Assembly (NCBI GenBank): GCA_951406725.2
Contig: OX597832.1
Span: 69,254,001-69,318,000, forward strand
Length of the DNA: 64,000 nucleotides
Origin: Octopus vulgaris
Taxonomy: Eukaryota
Direction: 5' to 3'
The notes beneath the pieces are model-generated. The model did not search any database, was not told the DNA's origin, and was given only the letters and a program-made list of their open reading frames with translations. Below, piece by piece: positions 54,964 through 64,000 of this stretch. Each line of letters begins with the position of its first letter. The stretch's first letter is position 1. The translations under genes were made by a program, and so were the position numbers.

Positions 54964-57900
54964 TCAGCCATTCAATTTGGGGGAGAACTTAGTTATGAAA
55001 TATTTTCCCATAATCACCCTGAAGGATGTGTCATTCTTTGGACATTTGTAGAAAGGAAAGATCTTAAATTTTCCTTCTCCACATGTATCTAGGTGTTTAC
55101 TCAGTGGTATCTTGCACAGTTCCTCCTGTCGGACATGTTGTCGGTGAATCTTGGCTCGTTGGCATAAAGAATTTCCAGTTTCACCTATGTAATCCTCCTT
55201 GCACATGGAGCAGGTTATGCAGTATATTACGTTCTGCATCTTGCAAATCATATCTGCATTTATATTAAATATGTGACCACTTTTAAATTTCATTTCTTTG
55301 TCTCCCTCTATGTATTTGTAGGTGGGGTTACTGCAGATTCTACATCTACCATCTCCACACTCTTATACAAAGAATTCAGTTTTAGTTTCTGATGAGAATT
55401 TCACTCTTGTTAGATGTTTCTTTAAGTTTTTTGTCTTGTCGTCTACTGTTTTTTATGCAATATTTGTTTAGTATGTTTTCCATTTTGGGACTTTGTAAGA
55501 CTATTGGTAGGTTTGAATGTATGATTTAGAACATGTTGGTAACTCCAGGGTTGTGTGTGCTTATGAAAGGGATAATGTTTTCTTTGTTTTTTGTTTTGGG
55601 TGTCCTGAGTTGTGCGGTGTCTAGTTTCATTGCTCTTGAGATTCCATTTTTTATTAGTTTAAGGGGGTATTTTTGTTCTAGTAGGAAGATTTTAAGTTCA
55701 TCTAGTCTTATTAGGCATGTTTGTGAGTCAGTTACTATGCTACATATGCGTCTTGCTATACTATATGGGATGTTTCTTTTTATGTGGGATGGGTGGCAGG
55801 AGTGGAAATTTAAATATTGGTGTGTCGGTTTTTTTGTAGTGGATGTCTGTTGTGATGATGGAGTTGTGTATCTTGATGTTGATGTCTAGGAAGGGAAGTT
55901 CGTTGTGGCTGGTATCTATTGTGAAGTTGATAGATGGGTGCAGCGTGTTGAGGATGTTGTGGAATATTCGTAGGTCTTCTTCTGATCTGTTCCAAAAGAT
56001 GAAGCAGTCATCGAGGTAGCGTTTCCACTTTTCCTTGATGTCTTCTCTAAGTCGTGTTCGAAGACTTTCCCTATTTCATCGTATAGTTTGTTCTCAAGGA
56101 AACCCATCACCAGGTTGGCATATGAAAGTGCGAATTTTGGACCCATAGCCGTGCCCTTTATCTGTCGGTATGTCTTGTTGTTGAATGAGAATGTATTTTC
56201 TTCAAGTATTAATTGGGTGGCTTGGGTGATAAAGTCTGTCTTGAAACGTTCGTCTATGAGTTTCCTGTATTTTTCTATCAATTGTTTTATTGCTTCCAGA
56301 CCTAGGGTGTGTGGTATGTTCGTGTATAGGTTTGTGACATCGAAGCTTGCAAGTATGGTGTTTTTCGGAACTGTATTTGGAATGTGTGTGAGGAAGTCTA
56401 TGTCATCCCTTATGTAGCTTGGTATCTGTGGGCATAAAGGTTTGAGGAGTACATCTATAAAGTGGCTTAGTTGTTGTGTTGGTGCCTGGGGTCCTGCCAC
56501 TATTGGTCTCATTGTGAGGTCTGCAGGCCTTTGTATTCTTATATAGTGGTTCTTCTGTTCCTTTATGGCTCTCTGTATTTCAGAGGTTTTATGAATTTTA
56601 GGTAATCCATAAAAGTTGCTATCTTTGGTTCTTGAGTTGCATAGATAGTCTTTCTGCTTATCTGTAAAGGAGTCCTGGTATTCATTGACTAATGTTCTAA
56701 TTTTTTTTATTGTTGCTTTCTCCGGTGGTGTTGGTTTCTCTTTATAGTATGTCTGGTTGTTCAGCAACTCCAGTATCTTTTCTTTGTAGTAATCTGTATC
56801 CATAATTACTATTGCTCCACCTTTGTCAGCTTCTTTTATAATAATCGACTTGTCATTTTTTAGTTTTTGTAAGGCTTGTTTTTCTCCTCTGTGGAGGTTC
56901 TGTTTGCATTTGTGTGTGTTGAGAGGGAATTTGGATATTGTCTCTATGTATGTGTCAAGGTGTTTGTCACTTCCCTTGTAAGGGGTGAAATGGGATTTTT
57001 CTCTAATGATTGAGTTATCTTCTGTTTCTTTATTTTCAAAGAATTCCATAAGGCGGAGGCGGCGGCTGAAGTTGTCTATATCAGTTTTTAGTTCTATGAG
57101 ATTTGGAGTGGGTGTGGGTGTAAATTTGAGGCCTTTTAGTTGTAGGTTCATTTCATTTTCGTTAAGTTCTCTTTTAGATAGGTTTATTATTTTGGGGTCT
57201 ATGTGTTTTGTGTGTTCATTCGGAATTTTTGGTATATTGGGTCTTGAGTATGGTTGAAGTATACTTTCCCTAAAAAAGGGTTTGTGCTGTTGCATCTCCA
57301 AATTCCATTTTCAGGTCTTAGGTTTTCTTGTAGCAGTAGGGGTGGTCTGTATGGTCTGTATGTGTTGTTTTGTCTTTGGTAGTTGTTTTCTTCCCATCTT
57401 CTGTGTTTGTTGAGCCAATTTCTATTACTGGGGTTCAGGTTTCTTTGTGGGTAGGTGGATGGTTCATGTTTTGCGTTTGTATAGTGGGGGTTGTTTTTTA
57501 TCCATCTTGTAAATTTGTGGGGTCGCATGGGGTTGGTGTTTGTATGGTTTGGATTTCCTCGATGTTTGTTGTAGGTTGTGTGTTGATTTCTATCCACTTG
57601 TTTATTGTTCCATGTGTGTGTCCATTTAGGATGTCCAGTGTTATGTGTTGGTGGTTGTTCATATTCTATTTGTTTTCTCCAAGTGTTATAGGTTGTTGGT
57701 TGTATGTATCATGCTCGTCTTGCTGCTTGTGTGTTTGTCTTTGTGGGGTTTTGGGTTGATGGTCGTCTTTCATATTTTGTGTGTCTGTTTATTGGAGGGT
57801 TTAGCAGTGTAAGGAGCAGGTTTTTGGTTTGTGTTTGGCAGGGTTTATTTGGATGTCTGGAAGTCCAATATGTTCATGATGTTGGTTTGTTGTATCTTTT

Positions 57901-58380
57901 CCTTTGTTTTCGTAGTTTTTTGTCTTCATAATTGATTTTTCCCCATAGTTCTTTTCGTAGTTTAAAAACCACTCCTGTTGTTTGGTCCACATGATTCCGG
58001 ATCTTTCCCCCTCACGTTTGGTATCCTCTGTCCATAATTGTTGTAGTTTTTCTTTGTTTTGGTTATTGTTCCTTTCTGTTATTTCGACCATTATGATAGT
58101 ATCAATTGTTTTAATCTTATCTTCCTGGTGTAAACTTCATGTTTGTAGAAGGGAAATTTCCGTTACTAGTCAGCAAAGGGCTAGGTTTGCATGTATTGTT
58201 GTTTCTTCTAGTGTTTCACCCCTTATTTTTTTGATAAGGAATTTTCTAGGGAGTATTGGGTTCTTCATCTCCCGCCAGTTTTGATATATGTTGGCTATGT
58301 TCTTACAGCGCATACTTTTCCAATAAGTATGTTTATGTGGGTTTAGAAGTTTATTCCAGTCTTGGGGTTTTGAAGGTTAT
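54964..58380 (-). mobile_element. Penelope-like retroelement (Neptune type): RT and C-terminal GIY-YIG endonuclease, frameshifted
   Basis: LKGLKFTPTP, IIIKEADKGGAIVIMD, FYGLPKIHK, MRPIVAG, ASFDVTNLYTNIPH, QIKGTAMG, WKRYLDDCF (after a frameshift), Cys linker CGDGRCRIC, NVIYCITCSMCKEDYIGETG...R...H; stop at 54964. Confidence 0.92.
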
Positions 58381-58491
58381 ATATATATATATATATATTG
58401 TTATATTTTGGAATGGTCATTTTGCCAGTTTAGCCAATAAAAAAATCTTGCACAACAAATATATATCTATATATATACATATATATATATA

Positions 58492-58542
<51 letters not shown>

Positions 58543-58615
58543 ATATACATATATATGTATATATATATGTATATATATATATATCTGTATATATATATAC
58601 ATATATATGTATATA

Positions 58616-58672
<57 letters not shown>

Positions 58673-59276
58673 GTATACATACATACATGTATATATATAT
58701 ATATGTATATATCTATATATATCTATATATATGTATGTATATATATGTATATATATATATATACATATATATGTATATATATGTATATATATATATATGA
58801 CCTGTTGGGGCAAGTGAAATCGAAATCGAAATCAAAATTGAACCAATCCTATGACTGGCACCTGGCAGATGCCAGGACCCCTGGACTAGAGAAACGTAAA
58901 AAGCACTATCCGAATCGTGGGCGATGCCAGCACCCCCTTGACTGGCTTCCGTGTCGGTGGCACGTAAAAAGCACCATCTGAATCATGGCCGAAGCCAGTG
59001 CCGCCTCGACTGGCTTCCGTGCAGGTGGCAAGTAAAATGCACCAATCCGACCGTGGCCGATGCCAGCCTCGCCTGGGTCCAGTGCAGGTGGCCTGTAAAA
59101 AGCACCCACTACACTCACGAAGTGGTTGGTGTTAGGAAGGGCATCCAGCTGTAGAAACATTGCTAGAAAAGACCGGAGCCTGGTGCAGCCTTCTGGCTTC
59201 CCAGATCCCCGGTCGAACCGTCCAACCCATGTTAGCATGGAGAACAGATGTTAAATGATAATGATGATGATGATGA

Positions 59277-59339
<63 letters not shown>

Positions 59340-59441
59340 TATACATATATATATATATGTATATATATATGTATATATATATACATATATATGTATATAT
59401 ATATACATATATATGTATATATATGTATAAATATATATATG

Positions 59442-59487
<46 letters not shown>

Positions 59488-59570
59488 TATACATATATAT
59501 TCATATATATACATGTATATATATATGTATATATCTATATATATGTATATATATGTATGTATATATATGT
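58380..59570. repeat. (TA)n tracts surrounding an RTE insertion
   Basis: Seen directly. Confidence 0.93.
58799..59280 (+). mobile_element. RTE 3' UTR with three to four tandem subrepeats
   Basis: GACCTGTTGGGGCAAGTGAAATCG..., repeated GTGxxGGTGGCACGTAAAAAGCACC modules, (GAT)n tail. Confidence 0.85.
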
Positions 59571-59581
59571 ATATTAAACCT

Positions 59582-61335
59582 TCAGCAATCCAACTGACTT
59601 CTTTACCACTGCAGATATAGGATCAGAGGCGGCGACGATAAATTACATCGATATAAAGGAAGACGATGTAATAAAGGCTATAGATGAGGTGAAAACAGAC
59701 TCAGCTATTGGCCCCGATGGATTCCCGGCAATCCTCCTAAAAGTATGTAAGAGAGTCCTAGCAAGACCACTTCAGTTCCTCTTTCAGAGCTTCCTTGCAG
59801 CTGGCAAACTTCCAAGAAAACTGAAGAAAGGTAAAATATGACCTATTCATAAAGGAGGTAGCAGAGCGGAGGCCAAGAACTACAGACCTATCTCTCTGAC
59901 CTCACACATCAGCAAGGTCATGGAACGAATAGTCAGAGGGAAACTAATCACCTTCCTTGAAGAAAATGACTTGCTGCCTGACACCCAACATGGTTTCCGA
60001 CCAGGAAGAAGCTGCTTAACTCAGCTCCTGCAGCACTATGACTGGGTGCTGAAACAACTGCTCAACCACTCAAATGTGGAAGTCATATATCTCGACTTCG
60101 CAAAGGCCTTCGATAAAGTCGATCATGGAATGATATGTCACAAACTGCGTGATCTTGGCATAGTTGGAAAACTAGGAGAATGGCTTCATGACTTTCTGAA
60201 GAATAGAAGTCAGGTGGTAGCAAATAGTGAGCGGTGTTCCACAGGGCACTGTTTTGGGACCACTGCTGTTCATAATGGCCCTCTCGGACATGCCCTCAGC
60301 CAAGCGGAGAGCCACGATCACAAGTTATGCAGATGATACAAAAGTTTCACAGGCAATACAGAACCCTGAAGACACTAAGCACCTGCAATGTGAGCTGGAC
60401 GAAATATACAAGTGGGCTGAAAAGAATAGCATGCAGTTCAATGCTGAAAAGTTTCAAGCTTTATACTATCAGCATGCAAAACTGAATGCAATACCCAATG
60501 AATACACTGGACCCGGAGGGATTGCAATCCCAGAGGCACAATCAATGCGTGACCTGGGTATTCACATGAGTGATGACGCGACCTTTCATGTACATGTTGC
60601 TAAACTGAAAATGAAATGCAGACGGCTGGCTGGATGGATTCTTAGAACCTTTAGAACAAGAGAACAAGAAACCATGATGGTCCTCTGGAAGACACTTGTC
60701 CTAAGCCACTTTGACTATTGCTCTCAGCTATGGTCACCATCCAGTGTCAAGTTGATCACAGAACTTGAGGCGATCCAACGAAGCTACACGAAGAAGATAG
60801 CCTCTGTGCAGCATACGAGCTACTGGGAGAGACTCAAGAGATTAAGGCTCTATTCCCTGGAGCGTAGGCGAGAAAGATATGCCATAATATATATCTGGAA
60901 GATCCTGGAATGTCTTGTCCCAGACTTTGGCATCAAGAGTCACACAAACGCCAGAACCGGACGCCACTGCGTAGTACCAAGGACTCCAAATTTGCCATCA
61001 AGATGTAGGACAAGATATTGTGATAGCCTGGGCTTCAGAGGCCCACGGCTCTTCAATGTCCTCCCGAAGAACCTGAGGGACCTGCATGGTGTAGATGCGG
61101 ATGTCTTTAAAGTAGGACTGGATCTCTTCCTGTCAGGTGTCCCGGATGAACCAACTTCATGGCAGGAGGTGCAGATGAGGGCAGCTGCATCGAACTCTCT
61201 CATGCATCAGATGGCGTTTGCTAAAAAGCATCCGTGAGGTAAACCCGTGTAGCAAACCAAATGGCGGTGCCCCAGCATGGCCACAGCTCATTAGCTGAAA
61301 CTGGAAAAATCAAAATCAAAAATCAAAATCAATCA
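59582..61335 (+). mobile_element. CR1-group LINE, 5'-truncated copy (RT to 3' end), inactivated
   Basis: [65 protein letters not shown]. Stop near 59840 and frameshifting deletion near 60225. 3' tail GCCCCAGCATGGCCACAGCTCATTAGCTGAAAC then (AAATC)n. Confidence 0.92.
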
Positions 61336-61357
61336 TATATAAATATATATATACATA

Positions 61358-61403
<46 letters not shown>

Positions 61404-61569
61404 TAGTTATCGCCATACTAATATGGCATTCTTAAAAATAAGAATAAAGCTGTCGCTGATTAGCTCCATGAAGCCATCGCCTCAAGCTAGCTACTTGACA
61501 CACAATCTGCGTCCGTTATTAAACCTTCGAACAGGGGAGGTCAGCCGCTTCAACCTGCTAGTCCGACAG

Positions 61570-61610
61570 CTACAGACATGTTTCAGGGTCGTTGCCCCTT
61601 CTCAATGCAA
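61570..61610 (-). ncRNA. Second copy of the same hammerhead on the opposite strand
   Basis: Minus strand TTGCA-TTGAGAA-GGGG(CAACGA)CCCT-GAAA-CATG-TC|TGTAG; lacks the extended stem I. Confidence 0.55.
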
Positions 61611-61661
61611 TAGAATCTTTGAACGGAGACGGTCGGTAGCGACACCTGCAGGTCTGACTAC

Positions 61662-61704
61662 GCTGCATTGAGAAGGGGCAACAACCCTGAAACATGTCTG
61701 TAGC
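61662..61704 (+). ncRNA. Putative minimal type I hammerhead ribozyme, U3:A8 core variant
   Basis: GCTGCA-TTGAGAA-GGGG(CAACAA)CCCT-GAAA-CATG-TC|TGTAGC: stem I 6 bp, stem II 4 bp, palindromic stem III ACATGT, GUC cleavage after 61698. Confidence 0.68.
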
Positions 61705-61869
61705 TGTCGGACTAGCAGGTTGAAGCGGCTGACCTCCCCTGTTCGAAGGTTTAATAACGGACGCAGTTTGTGTGTCAAGTAGCTAGCTTGAGGCGATGGC
61801 TTCATGGAGCTAATCAGCGACAGCTTTATTCTTATTTTTAAGAATGCCATATTAGTATGGCGATAACTA

Positions 61870-61956
<87 letters not shown>

Positions 61957-61979
61957 ATGTATATATATATATATGTATG

Positions 61980-62010
<31 letters not shown>

Positions 62011-62110
62011 GTGTTATTGAAAGGGCAGCTGCTGAACCAGAATCTTTTTTGTGCATGTCACAAAAGATTGTACAGCAGCTAACCTGGCTCCATCAAACTC
62101 AAACTCACAG

Positions 62111-64000
62111 ATGGGACTATCCACAATACATAAAATGCCACAGCAAATAGACCCAAGGTGGACACCACTGGCAACAACGCACACATCCACCTCGATGCTC
62201 CTATTGAACATCAGAGGACTGCTAACACTCAGTAACAGGACAAAAAACCCTTTCTTGAGAGACCTTGTTGCATGCAATCAAGGCTTATGCATAGCACTTA
62301 CGGAAATACACCTGAAACCGGACATAGCAGATGCGGAAATACACATACCACAGTATGTTGTACTACGGACCGACAGAAAAGAAAGGAGTCATGGAGGAGT
62401 TGCTATGTACATCCGCGAGGACCTCACATCCCAGGTCCTTTTGTCATACTCAAATTCGGTGTGTGACACACTAATTGTACATATAAGGCAACTCGATATA
62501 GTTACATGTGTTACATATTGCCCTCCAGATACTCCAAGTCATGTAGGCAAGTTTGAAGACTGCCTTACAAAACTAGAAGTTCTAGTCACATTAGAACAAC
62601 ACATAAGTGTGCTTCTTATTGGAGACTTCAATCTGCCCAATGTCAGATGGCCCGAGAGCCTTTCTCTCCCAGGAATGACACGATGCAAACAAGGACAGGT
62701 GAGGTCCCTCCTGAACCTCATCAACACTCTGTACATGGAGCAAATAATACTCCAACCAACCAGGGCAGGTAAGATACTGGATCTCTGCTTCACAAATAAT
62801 ATGGATCTCATCCATAATGTGAAAGTGACACCGACACTACTCTCGGATCACAACATGGTAGAGTTGACCATGTATGGGCCAAAGGAAAGCATGGACATGC
62901 ATTCTACAAGAAACTCTCAGAATCTTTCCAGCTTGAACTTCCATAAGGTAAACTGGAAACAAATTGAGAAAGAGATCCTCAAACAAATCTGGCCTGAATG
63001 TCTCTATTCACCAGACATCAACATGAAACTTCAACAATTCATGTCTGTAATGCAAGCCATATGCTACAAATGTGTCCCAGTGAGAAAGGCCACTGTACAC
63101 AAGAACAAAATCCCCAGAGAGAGGAAAATTCTTATGAGACGGCGTACAAAAGTTTCAAATCACCTAAACAAACAAATTGAAAGCAGTGAAAAGTCCCGCC
63201 TGAAAATAAAACTGTTGGAAATTGAAAAATGTCTGCAACTCTCCCATGAAAAAGAAAGAGCAGACAAAGAAGCCAGGGCTATAGACAACATAAAATCTAA
63301 CCCCAGAGCTTTCTACAAGTTTGCCAAAGAAACAGCTACGGTGCACTGTAGGATAGGGCCACTCCTTGAAAAAGATGGTACACTCACAGGAAATCCAATG
63401 AGGATAAGTGAAATACTAAATGAGCAATTCAAAAGTATTTTCACTCCACCTCTAGGGCATTTTCTAGTCAGCAATCCAACTGACTTCTTTACCACTGCAG
63501 ATATAGGATCAGAGGCAACGATGATTGATTACATCAATATAAAGGAAGACGATGTAATAAAGGCTATAGATGAAATGAACCCAAACTCAGCTACTGGCCC
63601 TGATGGATTCCCAGCAATCCTTCTAAAAGTATGTAAGAGAGTCCTAGCAAGGCCACTGCAGTTCCTCTTTCAGAGCTTCCTTGCAACTGGCAAACTTCCA
63701 AGAAAACTGAAGGAAGGTAAAATATGCCCTATTCATAAAGGAGGTAGTAGAGCGGAGGCCAAGAACTACAGACCTATTTCTCTGACCTCACACATCAGCA
63801 AGGTCATGGAACGAATAGTCAGAAGGAAACTAATCGCCTTACTTGAAGAAAATAACTTGCTGCTTGACACCAAACATGGTTTCCGACCAGGAAGAAGCTA
63901 CCTAACTCAGCTCCTACAGCACTATGACTGGGTGCTGAAACGACTGCTCAACCACTCAAATGTGGAAGTCATATATCTCGACTTTGCAAAGGCCTTTGAT
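62111..64000 (+). CDS. CR1-group LINE ORF2 (APE endonuclease and RT N-terminal part), open reading frame running off the window
   Basis: [76 protein letters not shown] in one frame with no stop seen. 63468-64000 matches 59582-60115 closely. Confidence 0.88.
   Translation, partial: MGLSTIHKMPQQIDPRWTPLATTHTSTSMLLLNIRGLLTLSNRTKNPFLRDLVACNQGLCIALTEIHLKPDIADAEIHIPQYVVLRTDRKERSHGGVAMYIREDLTSQVLLSYSNSVCDTLIVHIRQLDIVTCVTYCPPDTPSHVGKFEDCLTKLEVLVTLEQHISVLLIGDFNLPNVRWPESLSLPGMTRCKQGQVRSLLNLINTLYMEQIILQPTRAGKILDLCFTNNMDLIHNVKVTPTLLSDHNMVELTMYGPKESMDMHSTRNSQNLSSLNFHKVNWKQIEKEILKQIWPECLYSPDINMKLQQFMSVMQAICYKCVPVRKATVHKNKIPRERKILMRRRTKVSNHLNKQIESSEKSRLKIKLLEIEKCLQLSHEKERADKEARAIDNIKSNPRAFYKFAKETATVHCRIGPLLEKDGTLTGNPMRISEILNEQFKSIFTPPLGHFLVSNPTDFFTTADIGSEATMIDYINIKEDDVIKAIDEMNPNSATGPDGFPAILLKVCKRVLARPLQFLFQSFLATGKLPRKLKEGKICPIHKGGSRAEAKNYRPISLTSHISKVMERIVRRKLIALLEENNLLLDTKHGFRPGRSYLTQLLQHYDWVLKRLLNHSNVEVIYLDFAKAFD

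Larger units (their letters stand above)
61400..61873. mobile_element. Palindromic Penelope-type non-autonomous element (210-bp inverted arms, 54-bp spacer) in (TA)n
   Basis: 61400-61609 is the reverse complement of 61664-61873 with two mismatches. Each arm carries a hammerhead motif. Confidence 0.8.

Noticed and set aside
54925-54968. CTGAAAA...GAAA hammerhead-like string at the Penelope ORF end (minus strand)
   Set aside because: Lacks G8 without a compensating U3 and has no convincing stem I or III.
57800-58280. In-frame TGA codons in the Penelope element as selenocysteine (Naiad-like)
   Set aside because: The domain order is C-terminal GIY-YIG, not Naiad; frameshifts and TAA stops also occur; no SECIS seen.

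Overview
Eukaryotic, AT-rich, very repeat-dense animal DNA. The SINE/LINE families and long (TA)n/(CA)n/(ATT)n tracts most resemble an octopus genome; this is inferred from repeat families, not from a search. There are no prokaryotic features and no CRISPR array. Nearly all ORF-track entries are microsatellite translations or transposon fragments. One host exon is recognisable: a 159-bp phase-0/0 exon of CCDC39 on the minus strand (28792-28950), so much of the window is probably intronic. The rest is retroelements (R4/Dong, CR1-type x3, RTE, Tx1/L1, a Neptune-type Penelope, two SINE families), DNA transposons (three mariner relics, one Tc1 relic, piggyBac-like MITEs) and two inverted non-autonomous Helitrons. 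The most interesting signals are RNA-structural. (i) A 474-bp palindromic Penelope-type element carries a U3:A8-variant hammerhead motif on both strands (61400-61873), and there are other hammerhead relics. (ii) RTE 3' UTRs contain tandem compact pseudoknot-like modules. (iii) SINEs share 3' tails with LINEs in the same window, one with a compensatory stem. (iv) A 1.1-kb inverted Helitron pair could form long dsRNA. All family assignments come from motif recognition and need database confirmation.
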